From positions 124,001 through 188,000 of the forward strand of contig NW_026923547.1 in NCBI RefSeq assembly GCF_032062105.1: 64,000 nucleotides of DNA, given 5' to 3'. The notes under the pieces are model-generated. The model ran no database searches. It saw nothing but the letters and a program-made list of their open reading frames with translations, and had not been told where the DNA came from. The translations under genes were made by a program, and so were the position numbers. Shown here piece after piece: positions 1-14,749 of the stretch. This stretch comes from Saccostrea cucullata. Its lineage: Eukaryota. The stretch's first letter is position 1. Each line of letters opens with the position of its first letter.

Positions 1-3000
1 CACCACCTGGGTCCTTCTGTGGGCCGCCCGGATTCTGATGACCCCAAGAATAATCATAAATAGGAGGAAGCCCACACAAACCACAATAATGGCCACCATA
101 CCCACATCTGATCAAGGAAAAGACAAAGCTAGTTTTACACACAGTAAAAGATAAAAAAAGAACATGTAACTTTAACTTGCTTTTTGCAAGATTATATACA
201 TGTATGGTTATATAAGTATATTCAACAACACAATTTTGCTTTCACCTGAGGCCTGTTCAACAAAGCAAGCACTCCTGGACATTTCTGTTGGAGGTATAGG
301 GAATTTTAGTGAGTGCTCGCGAACGTTCACTCTGTTGAACAGACGTATGATCCTATGGCATACTTACTGGGAGAGGCTGCCCCGACAGCCATATTGCCTG
401 TACCACTAACAGAAGGAAGCTGGATGTGCTGAACAGCCTGCTGGGCTCTCAACGGCAGGATCACATTGTTTTCTTCTTGAACCTTCATTATCTAGAATAA
501 AAGAATAATGGCTTGTACTACATGTACTGTAAATGTTATTTTATTCCATGAGGTCTAATTCTGTGCAATAATTTCTGTCCAATCCATGAGTAGAAAGCTA
601 TGCAGACATCTTGGATTGTCATTATCAAGATGTCATTACCATATTCAAATAACAATTTGTAACCGACCAGTTTTTGTTTCTCTATGTATAATGTGCATGT
701 AAGTCTTGCTTATATATAGTGAAATAATACCTTGATGTCCATGGTATTGCTGATAAAGCGACCATTCTGTGAAGAACATGACAAATGGAAGCTACGTCCT
801 GTAAAGGGTTTATCTTTTTCATGGACGTAAAGAATTCCTCTCAGCACCAAGATATAATCCTCGATGTTATCTGCATCTAAAATAATGTCAACCTCATAAT
901 GAATGCTTTGAAGTATAACCAATTTGCTGCAAGATTGGATCTAATTTCAGTATCAAAACAGACACATGTATCATAGGAAAAGCTGAACTGTCTAAAGTGT
1001 ATGCGTAAAAGGTGAAGGAAAAAATCCACTTACTCGAAATGACCAGGCCCTCACTAGTTTGTGTGCCCTCAATTTTCATGTTGAACTCATTCATAATGGA
1101 TGTGGGCAGTTCAAGCCTTTCATGGTAAAGATCTAGAGGGGGATCTGCCTTAACAGTGCACATATCTAGCAGGATCAACTGGGCATCTGAAACCTTGCTA
1201 GTGGTGTCTTCTGTTGACAAAATAATAATCATTTCATTGAATTGCATGAAAACATAACTACCATTACTTTATGTATTTAAAAAATGAGCACATTAGGACT
1301 TGTCTTTGTGCCTTTTTGTAAAACAATGTACATGCATAATTTAACAACACTCTTTATACCATCATAATATAATGAAATATAATTTATTTTTTTAATCTTT
1401 TATATCTGTAAAGGCTTCAAGGTACACTAAAACTCGTTTAGTACTAACACAGATATTGCAAATTCAAAGACATAGTGAAGTTATCTTGGATCCCCAATTA
1501 TATTAATTTAACGAATTTAGTATATGGATATAATGAATTACGGATATAGCTAAGTAATTCCATAGGTCCCAGTGACTTCATTATAACCGAGTTTTACTGT
1601 AATAAGTTTATACTTACGTTTTGCCTTCTTCCTCTCCAATTTGAGCTGTAATTTCTCCTCCTTGCCCAGTTCTATGTCAGAATTACCATCTCTAACTTCA
1701 TCTTTTCCCAGAATGTGGTTCACTTTTCCTCCAGTTCTCTCCACAGCAAAATCTACAGATATATTGATGTCCTCAAATATCCTCAGCCCGGCCTTGAGTC
1801 TGTCCTCGTTGGCACTGAGGGAGGGGTGACCTCGCAGGGTGATGGAGGGGGTGGCTGCTGGTCTGACCAGGATATAGCTGTCTACTTTAGGGAGGAAGGT
1901 TTCCACTGACCCACAACTGAAAATAATTAGTACAGTTTTGTTTATAATAAACACATCCTCATCAAATATCAAACCAATGCTTGATATCTAGTTTGTAAAA
2001 TGAATAATTTGAAAGTACAAAAAATGCCACCTACACAATTAGTCTATCTTTACCTATGTCCAATGTAATTGTGACCATTCAGAATTAAAAACTAGAACTG
2101 TCCAAACGGGACAAAATACCCCCCGCTGGGTTTTTCAGAAGTAAGTTTTTCCATAAGAAAGAAATGGACCAGACACGAATTATGATATTTTTTTTCCAGT
2201 GACCTTGAACTTCCACAAATGACCTTGGGTCAAGGTCATGACACACCCTTGGGTCATGGGCAATCTTTGTGTGAAATGACAACCTACCAAGTTTATCCAT
2301 AGGAAAGATATGGACTGGACACGAATTATGAATTTTTTCTTCCAGTGACCTTGAACTTCCCCAAATGACCTTGGGTAAAGGTCATGACACACCCTTGGGT
2401 CATGGGTAATCTTTGTGTGAAATGAAACTTACCAAGTTTGTCCATAAGAAAGATATGGACCGGACACAAATTATGAATTTTACTTCCAATGACCTTGAAC
2501 TTCCCAAAATGACCTTGGGTCAAGGTGATGACACACCCTTGGGTCATGGGCAATCTTTGTGTGAAATGAGAACCTACCAAGTTTATTCATAAGAAAGATA
2601 TGGACCGGACACGAATTATGAAATTTTTCTTCCAGTGACCTTGAACTTCCCCAAATGACCTTGGGTCAAGGTCATGACACACCCTTAGGTCATGGGCAAT
2701 CTTTGTGTGGAGTAGTAGATTCTAATGTCCCTCTGTAAGAAAGATATGGACCGGACACGATTGCACAGACAGACGGACAGCTAGACAGACAGACGGACAA
2801 GGTGATTCCTATATACCCCCCCAAACTTCGTTTGCGGGGGGTATAACAAGTGCCAATACTGTTGTCATAATTTATGAAAATGCATCTTTATTTAGGCACC
2901 CTATATGAAATAGTTCATCAAGAACTTACTGAATAGCTGTGGACACTGTGAGGTTTCGCCTGCCTGGAGTGGGGAATTTCCTGCTGTTGATGTAGTGGAC

Positions 3001-6000
3001 TTCTCTCAATAAAGCCTGTACTTCAGATATATTCTTACTCTGAATTCTAAAGTCTGTCATCTCCCTATTAAAGCTCACAGTCTGCAAAAACAGGAAAATA
3101 ATATATGCTGTGATCTTTTCTATACACATGTACATACTACTTCTCTAACTGATTTTGATTATGCTTGCAAAAATGAGCATTAAGGTTACAACTCTAAGGG
3201 TACAATAAACGAAAGATCAGAAATTCTCTCACAAAACCCACAGACAAGATAACATAATACAGATTCTTACTGTTCCACTGTGCATGGCACTGAGAGCACT
3301 AAAGTCCAAGTTTTCCTGGCAGTTGTTCAGACATCGAATGACCCTCTCACTTTCTGTCTTGCCCTTTAAGATTGACAAACCAGCCAAATAACCACGGAAA
3401 TAGTGGTTAAATTTATGATGACCACCTGAAAATACAATGTATTTTACTGGTCAATGTTTTAGAGTCCTGCTACATTGTGTATTGCTACATTTTTTAAACT
3501 CTGAATAAAATGAACCCAAAACAACTGAAAAAAGTGGAGGTTACACTTGTCCTACTGTATATGCTCTCCAAGGGCAACATCTTCTTAATATAGAAGCTGT
3601 TCAAAAAGTCAGAAACCTTGTATTAGAATATACCTTCCCAGCATGCTCCAACAATGAGTTTGGTGTCATGAACTTTGTTTGACTTGTGAAGTGGCCAATC
3701 ATCAACCACTTCTGAATTGTCATCACTGGGTATTACCAGGTTCCCATCAACAAACAACTGAACCTAGAGGCAGGAAAAATATATGTCAAAATTAGAAGAA
3801 CTCGGACAAAAAAATAACCGAATTGTATAATAAAAATTTAAATTTTATGAAATATTTAATCAAAAAGATCCCAAAATACCCTGGTACTTCATGACAACAT
3901 AAACCTCATATACAGGACAACATTTAGACAAATTTTGAGATCATAATAGCCTTTCATTCATGTAGTATTTAAAACACTGTACTTACATGAGGGAAATTCA
4001 TGCTGATGGCATAGTGGTGCCACTCATCTCTTTGGTTGATCTCTGAAATTTTCCACCGCCATTCTGCGGGTCTAAAGACCTCCATGTCGGAGGCATCAGA
4101 TGCCTCTCTACGGACTAGGAGAACCAGTTTATCTCCATGTACAAACAAGGAGTAGTGGTGACGATTCATATCTAAAACAAACAAGCATTTCTTAAGTTTA
4201 AACTGCTTCCCAAAATGTTTGACATTCAATATTTTTTTATGAATTCTAAATGTTTTCTGAATACTGATTTCTGTTTATGAAAAAGTTTAAAACTTACTAT
4301 CCCCGTCAGACATGCAGAGGATGTGCTCCTTGGGGTACTTTTTATCCTTGATTTCAGAATGTTCATGCTTCATCCACATCATAATGGAGAAGTGCTTATG
4401 CAGGGTGTGGTTGAAGACATTTTCTGGCACCTCCACGGCATTGTTTTCACCATCAAAGTAAAACACCTGGTCACTCTCCTTCCCGTCATCAGTGGGCAGG
4501 AAGCGTGTCCAGGAAGACGTCAGGCTAGGGGATGGCAGCAAGTCTATACCGTGATCATTAGCACCTAAAAAATTAATTCAGTGTAAGTTTCAAAGAAATC
4601 AAGCATATCTTCTAGCAACATCACATTCAAATATCTAAGTATGCCAGTTTTAAACATAAGACGGAGTAATGAAAACAGGGAACCTTATATATTATTAAAG
4701 AATTTCCAAGAAAAAAATATCTTTTCTCCATTAATTACATTGTGGACATCAATGTGTGTTCACCTTTCCGGTTCCATCCTCGACTTCTTTATTAACAAAT
4801 GACAACAGATGATCAATGTCCGGGCGGTCAAGAAGCCATTCATTTAGCGTATTGATTTTGTTCGTCTAACTTACCACACAATTTTCTCTGTGAGGAGATG
4901 GAGTATGTGTCGCGGTCGCAGCCCTTGCCGATGTGACTGGTTGCCAGCTTCATTTGGAGGGTCACCTGGTCTGGGGTGCAGGTGTCATCACACCATCTCA
5001 GGATGGCTTTGGGGGCCACCCTCTGTTTTCCACTGCCAGCCAGGTACTGGAGGTGGTCTGGGAAATCTAGTGAGAGAAATATTAGATTAAGAATGAGGAT
5101 CATATAGATCAAATGATGCTTATTTTAAAATGATTCTTCTATCTAAATCATAACAATAATGAAATCATGTTTAGAACTTATCTGGAGATGACTGAAAATT
5201 GATAAAATATTCAACAAAGAATAATAAAAAGATTTAAATAATGGTATTTTTTCAATTCCAAAGTTCTACAATAGAATTAAAATTTTGATTTAATGCCAAT
5301 GTCTTGACCTTCTAGTCAATATCTTATTTTAACTTCATGTTTTTACAAAATACCTGAAAAAGTGCTAAAGTTATCAAAATAATCTACAGGGAAATTCCTT
5401 ATCTGTAAAAAAAACTACTCAACAGATTATCTTGTCAGAACTTAATCAACATATTAACAGCTGGTGAATCCTGTCTGAACAAACACAGCATGTTTGCATT
5501 GCAACAGATTTATAGAAAAGCTTCCTATGATACAAAGTTATCTGTGATATCCCCTTACTTGTCCATTGTGGCTTGCATTTTTCCCGGACTATGACGTTGA
5601 TAAATACCGCCTTAGACTGCCTTCCTCCACAGTCTCTGGCGATGATTTTCAAAATAAAGTTATGTCTATCTTGGTAGTAGACTTTCTGTGTGTTACGAAT
5701 GTTTCCTGAAACAAAGATGAAATATAGTTGTAAACTAAAATAGTTTGTTTCTTTTTATAATGAAAACAAAGATCTTATGCAATACCGGTATATTGTCAAC
5801 TTTTGGGATCTATAATCATCAAATGCAATAAGATGCCACATAGAGTATCATTTCTTCATTACCCTTCTTCAATCAAAATTTTTAAAAACATTTTTATGAA
5901 ATATTCATGATCATATTTTTAAATATTTTTATTCCTATGAAATGATTAAGCAACCGAAGCACAGACAAAGAATACAAGTATTCAGTAAAAAAATACAAAA

Positions 6001-9000
6001 TTTTATATCAGTTTGCCCAGATTTTTTCTGGCTTAAACACATAATTATCCACATCACATACAGAGATTTTACTTGCCCTGCATGATTAGACACGACTGGA
6101 AAACTATAATTGTTGATCTCTGTAAAAATGCATACTAGACATATGCTTTATGACAACTCACCATTCCTATCTACAGAGAATGGAACATTCGGGGTTTCCA
6201 GTTCATATTCACAGATCTGTTTGAACTCTTTTGTCCTGTCTTTGTCGTGGGCGTGTAGCGTGAACAAGGGGTCATATAACCTGTCCTCCTCCAGATCCAC
6301 CACATAGTCAGGCTTATCAAAAGTGGGGGCAAAACGGTCCACATCCTCCACCCGAACGAAAATTACAGCTCTGGAAACAAAGGTCATTTTATCATAAAAT
6401 TATTTCAAATAAAGACATTATCATTGATATGAACTACCAATATAATTAATTATCAAAAAAAAAAGTAACGGGTATATCATATACGTAACTGGTACTGTGT
6501 ATTTAGATATAAAGTATTTTATTATTCTGATCTGGAGAGGGGGGAGGGGGAAATAATAATCAACTTGTTACTCCTACACTGAGTTTGAGGAAAATGAGAG
6601 ATATTTGCAGATGATTTGACCAGTTATGCCATATCGTTTAATAAGGAACTGTTTGTAAAAACAATAACTTAAGTCTATGGCATTCTTTTCTGTTTTAAAT
6701 TTATTTGATTTTTTTTTCCAGGTATTAAAATTTCAACAATATACAAATTTTCTATAACTTCAATTGATAGTTACCACAAAAAAATTTCTTTTTTTTTTTT
6801 TTTGCCTAGATATTCTATTAACACATCAAACGAATTCTGGACATTCCTGGCTATTTATCTGTTGACGAGGAACTTGACGCTTCTAACTCATTTTCACCTA
6901 ATTTAATCTCTCATCACCCTATAATACTGTCTGTCTATCGTCCCCTTCTCATTTTCTCCTGTCTAAAGTGTAACTGACTCTATTGACTGGGGGTCTATCT
7001 CCAACAAATTTTACTGGGCTTCTATCTTCCTGTCAGAAAAATCAATAGAAGACCAATAGCAGACACTTATTTCACACCAAGAATATGCAACAAATTATAA
7101 TTTGTGAGAAAACTAACTGTACTACTTAGGTTGTTAAACGTTTCTTCCAATAACCATGATAACTGGGTAATAATGTTACTCTTTGTTAAATGTGTATTTT
7201 GACATGAATACATCCTCAATTTCATCAAATTCTGCTTCAGATGTTATTTACCAAGGAAATAAACTTTATCAGTTCATGGTATTACAAACACCAGTCTACA
7301 TGTATTATCCAGTTTTTAGTCATATTCTGAACCACAAAAAATGGCTGCTGTAGAGAAAGCTATTTTCAACATGTTCAATAGGGCAATTAAAATTTCTATT
7401 AGTTGTAAAAAATCAATTTTTCTTACATTCAGAATGTGATTTCCTGACTAAAAAGCTATTAAAAATTCATCTTAGTCAAATAGATCGTTAATAGTTTCTC
7501 TGCTCATTTGAACATAACTCAGCATTTCCATCAATCAAATGATATGTGTATATTATATTATTTTTCAACAGAGGAAATTTACCCAACAAGTATCTCTTGT
7601 ACCTAGTCCCCATCAAGGCAACTCAGTGGTATTCACCAAGCTCCAAAATATTAATAACAAGATTTAATCGAGTCTGAAATTAAATGAAGCTGCAGGAAAT
7701 TTAGGCCCCCTTTTCTCCCCCATTGGTACCTTCATTCTGAGTGGTTAGCTATTACTTAAGATTATAATTATTAAAATAATCTCTAAAAGGTTAAAAATCA
7801 ATTGCTCCCTTGGAGTATTAAATGATTTTAAGCAGAAAAACTCCACGCTACCACTACTTGAATAAAACTGTATTTCTTTTCTATGTCTTTATACAAAGCA
7901 TTTTGCGGACGTCTAACTCTAAATTGTTGAAGGCATACATGTCTGTCAATTACTGAATTAGTATAAGTTTTGTTCCCATGCAAAAATGTCTCCGCAGATA
8001 ATGCAATTTACCTAAACAATTTTTTTAATTAAAAGGTCTTCTGTCAAACTTTTTTTTGTTAATACATAGATTCTTCAAATTCAAAAGGCTGGATGGCTGA
8101 TAGTCATGTTTGAAAAGGGTTATTTACATTATGCATATTCATTCTAAAAACAGACAAAATGAATCAAGTTAATTTGATCAATGAGAGGAAATCTGACTTG
8201 AAAAGGGCAGAATTGTACAATTGTTCACTTAATTACACATAGGGAGCCCAGCAAAACTCAATCAATGGGATCTATACAGTACCACTGCCTAGTTGGTCAT
8301 TCAATGTCTCCAATGGAAATTGACCCTGATTAAATATTTATCTACCAAACAAATTGTTTTCAAAACATCTGAGATGTGGTCTCCTACCATGCAGATATAA
8401 ATTAATGTGCATTCATGTGCAAATACTGAATATGTTGAAAATTTAGGTTAATGCACTACTTGTACCTCAGCTTTTCTTGCTAACTTAATGCATATTTTAC
8501 ATAAACTGCAAATTTTTTTTAAATTTTGTTCATTTTTTTTTTGCATGCATGCTTATACACATAATTCACATTAACTGCTTGCTACCTGAAATTTTATTAA
8601 GTTTGTCAGGCACCAGATGGTTCCCTGCACAGAATAAGAAATTTATCTTGGAGTGGTCTAATGTACATTGTCAAGCTTTCTCTTTTTTTTTCAACGTTTT
8701 AAATTACCTGTTTGATTCACGTGCTGGTTGCCCACAATCATAAGCTATCACGGAGAACTTGTACCGTTTCCGCTTTTCAAATGAGACCTTTCGGCCATCA
8801 GCTACTTTCAATTGGGCTTCTCCTGTGGTTCTGTCCAATAGTTCCACAGTAAAGGGAATGTTCTTACGAGGGGAGATAAGTCTATATCCACATATAAACC
8901 CTGAAAGTGGAAAACAGTTAGATGTATTAACTATCACATGAAATCATTTAATAATATGGAATATTGTGAAAAATAATTATACAGCTTTTTAAAGTTATGT

Positions 9001-12000
9001 CTTTTAAATCTCAAAAATTCATAAATGGAAACCTTTTAATTAACTATGTACAGGTAGTATTTGAGCACTGAGTGGTGCAGGTAGTTAATTAATAAATAGA
9101 AATCTCATAAGTTTCCTGACTTCTGACAAAATTATGCTATGAGCTGCCAATACTCATTAAATAGAAATAATACGTAACCTAATTTAAATGCAGCGACACA
9201 GATTTTGATTTAGAGGAATTCTGAGAATCTTAATTTAAGGTCGTAACATCAATCTGACATGCTTATAATTGCACTGAACTAATTCAACTCTTAGTATATC
9301 TCATTTATCTTATCATTCAGGTTGTGAGTACAAATTACATATTAACCAGACAGTCTCATTGTCTAGTGTCCAATAGGCAATGTTCTCTAAGTTCTAGACC
9401 ACTTCAAAGAATTTTAAGCAGCATTATTCAAGAGAATAAATTATAAGCAATTATATGGAATTTAATCAATACACTGTTGCTATTAGAAATTTTTGTTTCT
9501 ACAATGAATAACTTTAGCTTTCAAATATGTAGTTCTTTCAATCCGATATCATGGCTTTTTCATAAAACATAGGTATAAAGGTTTATAAACACAAGATTTT
9601 ATAAATAATATTATCATTATATATGTACATATTTCAGTTCTTCTGCCAAAATTGATTCAGAAAATCAAGTTAGACAATATCAGATATATATCTAAATTGA
9701 CCTAGCATTATGATAAAGCTGCCAAAATCTGGTAGGTCTACATGATAAGTACAATTTTTGTTTCGTAAAACGTTAAATCAATACTGCTTTATTGGACTAT
9801 TCTCCTGGTACATTCATGTAGAAACAAATTCAGTTTTGCTCACAAAATTGGGATCATTAGTTTACACTGCATAAAAGCCCCAGTGACATTTACTGATGAG
9901 AGTACAAGTATTTGTCTGAAGTTAAATCATGCTGCAATAAGTGAATGTTCACAGGCAATAAACATGGTTGAAATACCATTGAAATTCAAACAAAAACAAC
10001 AACAAACAGAGTGTTTTACACTAGAGAACTTTTTTTTTTATTTTTAACATTCATTGAAAACATGTACGGAGCCAAGGGTATTTTTCTAATTTTGAACATC
10101 TAATACATCTACTAATAATCTGTAAAGGAAAAGGTCGAGGTGTCTGTCACTTACTTGCCCCGCCCACAGTGTCCTCATCTGTGGCTTTGAGTGGCTGATC
10201 AAGCTGAACTACCCGACTTCCTTCTGTAATGTTCCCATGAAAAACGGGAAATCCCCTACCATTTTTGAACTTTGAGTTTATTACTGGATCATGTGCATTG
10301 GTCTCTGAAAGGAAAAAAATATTGAACTTTATGAATACATAGAAAATTTCCTAATCTGAAAATTTAAGACAAAAAAAGATATTTTTGGATCAATCTGAAT
10401 GAATAAAAAATAAAATATTAAAGATTTCCTGATTATAATTTGTTTTTCTTGTCAGTAAAGGAAAAGAACACAGGTTAATTATAGATCAAAATTTATCAAA
10501 CAATTCCCTCCCATTCAAATTTCTAGCATCAACTAAAATATATTATCTATATTATAGTAACCTTCACTAGATCTAATTACAGTTAGTTAGACCCCTATGT
10601 TTGAAGTTATCTAATAAGCTGATTATCAAGAAATTCAATTCCAATCCAAAGAACACGCAAAGCTGAAATTTCAGTTTTTAAATAAAAAAGTTATACATCA
10701 AATATCCTCAGCTTTTCATATAAATTGTGACTCAAAAAAAATTACAGGACATTAGGAAGCTTTAAGGCATATGAAAAAGACATTACAGCATTAAAGAGAA
10801 TTCAATACTCTTGAATCATGCAGCGGCTATGCCATTTTTTAAAAAAGCTTTAGGATTATTTAAATTTTATCTCTTGATTTTTTAAAGTGAGGCTACAGAA
10901 AAGAAATGATAAATTTGACAAGAAATCTCCTTGACAACATTTATTCTGTCCCTGACAAATAAAAAAAATCAAGATTTAATTCGGAAATAAATTCCAAATG
11001 AAGACAGGTTTTTGGGATTGTAATCATGTTTAATGTTCTTGCTGAATGCAGTTAGACTGACATATGTCTCTTAATATTAAGTGCTAATCACATAAAACTT
11101 ATCAACATTTGTTAAAATATACTCATTTTTTAGCCACTGGAATATAAAAAATGAACTTTCTGAATATCAAAGACTATTGTAAGTGAACTAAACTTTCTCA
11201 AGGTAATGAAGGTATAGCATTAGCCATTTTCATCTTTATTAATATCACTGATGTTTCCATGATGGTTTATCTACAATGATACCTGAGAAAATGACAAACA
11301 CAATATATTCTACTAATTAATCACTGTGTTAACTTCCATGAAACATGACAAGACAATTCAGTCACTCCTGTTTTAAACAAGTGTTAAATGAGCAAGTAAC
11401 CATATCTGTGTATTCATCATAGAATGAAAAGTCTCTCGGGCATTGGCCTATTACAAACTTGTACAAAATGCAACTCTGTCAAACACCTGTATGACAGGGA
11501 GCCATTTTCATTCATAAGCCTTGTCTGTCCCTTCCCCAAGGCCCAGAGCCTTTTATGTGGACTAAAACTGCAAACCAGTTAAATAACAAGAAAATTAACA
11601 ACACCTACACTAATTTTCAATATCTGACTCAGAATAAAGGTGTAGCAGAAAATTCTCTTCATGTCTGATTTATCACATTTTTTAATTATGAAATTTTCCG
11701 TGAAAATAACAATAAGATATTATATAAACAAAGACGTTAATCTTATTTACAGCAGGTGTGCATTTCTGTTTAATCCTGCCATCTGACAGGCAAATAATAA
11801 ACGTTAGCATACAAGTTTTTGTCTTTTAAATCCAAGACAAAATAATTTTTAAAAAACAAAAACCAGCAGAATATGTGCAGGGAATAAATATTGTGTTCTC
11901 TAAAGGCTAAAGCCAGGAGACATACAAAGAGTCTCATATCGACAAATCCATCTATAAATCAAAGAATACGACTTCCTTTGTCATTTACATTAAATCAACC

Positions 12001-14309
12001 TCAAAGAATGCATCTAATATTTTGATATCTAACTATGACAGTATGGTTAATTTAATAATTAATATATGGAATATTGATTTCCAATGTCTCAAAAGAGAAG
12101 GGAAAGAATTTCTCAGATCTACACAAAAAGAATCTTTACAGAGTAGCCAAGGCACATAGAGCACCTGAACACTATAAATTCCCAAGATATTAAGCCAATG
12201 ATCATAAAACACATGGAATCTATAAGAACCAGCACCTCTGATTGCCACACAATGGGGGATAATAATAAGAATCCTCTTCCCTTTGATGTCTGATAAGGCT
12301 GCAGCTGGTTGTGTACATCATCAACTGTCAGGTTTGATTTACCTGAATACTAACCAGACCAATCACAGGGTCAAAAGGTTAATGATTAACATTCAAGAAG
12401 TACCACCCCACAAACTACACATTCTATAGAAGAAAAAGGAAATCGCAAATTCTGTACTATAAAAAAAAAGAAAACTTATTTCAGTCTATGATATTGAAAA
12501 TAAGTTAATTATGAACTCCACAGGTATTCTGGGCATAGTGATTATTAATTTCATTAAAATGCACTAGATATGAAAAGAAGAGATTTAAAGAAAAATTTTA
12601 TTATTAATATAAAGTAGTTTTTTGGATCATGGTCACTGATCCAGCAACGCTTACCATGCTTACTGAGGATAGATTTATATATGGTCATTCCAGCTCATGA
12701 AGTCTTTATTAACAAGATTGTAATACATGTAAACATTGGATTATTTAATATCTCAGTTTTAATATTTTTAATGGCCCAAAATTACAATTATTAAAGTTAT
12801 TCTCAATAGAAGTTAACACAGTTATTCTGGCCTTTGTAGTGTATCATGAATTTCAAAATTAAATATGCACTTTTTTGAAAAGAAATCCCCTAAATCAGTA
12901 ATTCACAACAATTTTTTTGTAAAAATCAAGGTTTCTTTTAATTTTACTTCTTTGATCATATGCATTGATATTACAAGTTTTGCCTGTTATTGACATGCTT
13001 ATGGAAATTACAAGACAGCTAGTCTTTGTATAAAACTATCAATTTACCACAGCAATAAAATAAAATCAAAATTCTGAAGTTTGAAACATCAAAGTTAGAC
13101 CAAATTAATCTATGCTCCTTGAAATACCAAATATTTTAAAATATTATATATAACCAGTATATTAATAGTATATATTTTAATGGCCCAAAATTACAATTAT
13201 TAAAGTTTTATACTCAATAAATTTTACCACAATTTGCTTTTTGTTGTTTTACAGACATTAATTGAACATAATAAACATATATTTTAAATAAAATGTGTAT
13301 GTGCTCTTTATTTTAGAAGTTATTTTTATTTTTGATTTCAGCAGTTTATTTCAAAGCCCCAAAATCAGTAACTCACAATTTATTATTTTTTTTGTAAAAA
13401 TCAAGGTAATGCTAATTTAATTTTTGATAAATAAAATCTTTGATATGCAAAATTAATCATTCTGTTAATAAACATTAAAAGCATTGAATCATGACATGCT
13501 TTATGAAAATTGCAAGACAAATATTTTACAAAAACAATATTATTTTATAATACTGTTTAATAAAGTGTATATACATAAATGAACAGTTCTAATTATATTA
13601 AAAGTTAAACCAAATTAATCTATGCTCCTTGAAATATCAATCATTTTAAAATGTTAAATAATAATTAACCTAATTATTCTTGTATGTGATGAATCTATCA
13701 ATATTTCTATCTAAAAAGAAAGTTGGCAGGGTCCTTTACTTGTGTTGGTGTAGTTAACTTTGTTTTTGTTTCTTTTTATTTCAAATGAAATAAAACTCAA
13801 TAACTTAACAAATAAGGACAGACTAAGTTTCTCAAAATTGTCAATTTTTGGACTAGGTCGATAATTAATTTAAAGATCAAAACAACTTTTGGAAAAGATC
13901 TTAATGTGATGGAGTGTCAATAAAAGGGCATTTCATTCAGGAAAAAAAACTATTCATGATCATTCTGGGTCCTTATTCCTTGATGATGATCACAGGTCCC
14001 TTTTTGAATGTGGAAGTTTTCCAAATTAAAATAGAATAAATTTTATTATTAATTTCTCTGTTGTACATAATATCAACGATTTTATATCCTCTTTTGTTAT
14101 AAAATTTCATCTAAGAGAACAAATTGATATTTGTTGCCATACACGAGTCTAACATGCACATGTAAATACAGTGAGCTACTGTCAGTACAAGCCAGTGCAG
14201 GGGGTTCTCGCACCTGTCTAAGTCTCCACCTTGATAATCACTTACCTGACATTCCAGAAATAAAATCCATTAAAACAAGGGTCGCCCCTATAACCCATAT
14301 TGCCTTCAT
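1..14309 (-). CDS. CLSTN1: Calsyntenin (cadherin-superfamily type I membrane protein), 3' end outside window
   Basis: Phase-consistent GT-AG exons: 14246-14309 (signal peptide MKAIWVIGATLVLMDFISGMS), 10155-10304, 8708-8900, 6162-6370, 5559-5705, 4875-5066, 4298-4564, 3987-4171, 3634-3763, 3271-3425, 2930-3081, 1618-1916, 1034-1210, 731-876, 368-491, <1-107. Two cadherin repeats (IAYDCG, VEDVDRFAPTF), KGCDRDTYS, LamG-like domain (MNRHHYSLFVH, WHHYA, DDWPLH, VGACWEG), YINSRKFPTPGRR, and TM segment IIVVCVGFLLFMIILGVIRIRAAH are calsyntenin hallmarks. Confidence 0.96.
2090..2846 (+). mobile_element. Non-autonomous Helentron-derived (HINE/Pearl-like) element with ~145-bp tandem core
   Basis: About 4 near-identical units (AAGAAAGATATGGACCGGACACGAATTATG...TGACCTTG) near 2156, 2302, 2447, 2591 plus a partial one at 2737, followed by a GACA/GACG microsatellite and a terminal hairpin CCCCCCAAACTTCGTTTGCGGGGGG; lies in a calsyntenin intron. 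Confidence 0.8.
12760..13655. repeat. Degenerate ~400-500 bp tandem duplication in calsyntenin intron 1
   Basis: TTTTAATGGCCCAAAATTACAATTATTAAAGTT at ~12766 and ~13175; CCAAATTAATCTATGCTCCTTGAAATA at ~13100 and ~13610. Confidence 0.75.
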
Positions 14310-14421
14310 TGTTTGAAATCTCGTAAAAACGAGAAAGTATCACTTTGTTGTCTTCAGTCGACTTTTGTTGTGGCCTTCTATCGTAGAAAATGGCTGACAA
14401 TTGATTCCATTATGCTAATGG

Positions 14422-14445
14422 TGACGTCATGGTAAACACTTCCGG
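14422..14445 (-). promoter_or_regulatory. Calsyntenin proximal promoter motif cluster (CRE, FOX, ETS)
   Basis: TGACGTCA (14422-14429), GTAAACA (14432-14438) and ACTTCCGG (14438-14445) packed in 24 bp, ~115 bp upstream of the ATG, in a locally CpG-richer segment. Confidence 0.5.
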
Positions 14446-14749
14446 TTTCAATTCCAAAAATAACCATAGAAAACCGGGAAAATCCGAACAGCGAATTTAG
14501 GTAGCCTGCTAATGGTGGAAAACACATTTCGATTTATTTATATCTAGTCATTTTACAATGGATTATAAACCGAAGTCCAAATGACTGGCCAGTCTGGGCA
14601 GGCCCACGGTCCACCCGACGTAAAGCCCACTAAAGGTGGACCACTTCCTGATTGGGGCTTAACTTTTATTTTAGACTCCTGAACTTAATGAAAATTACGC
14701 GAACTTTTAGTATCGTAGACCTAAATTATGTATCCGTCACCTGATATTA

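Noticed and set aside
2150-2760. CRISPR-like or coding repeat array (ORFs 2085-2580)
   Set aside because: Units repeat end to end with no unique spacers; intronic HINE core in a eukaryote; the ORFs are repeat artefacts.
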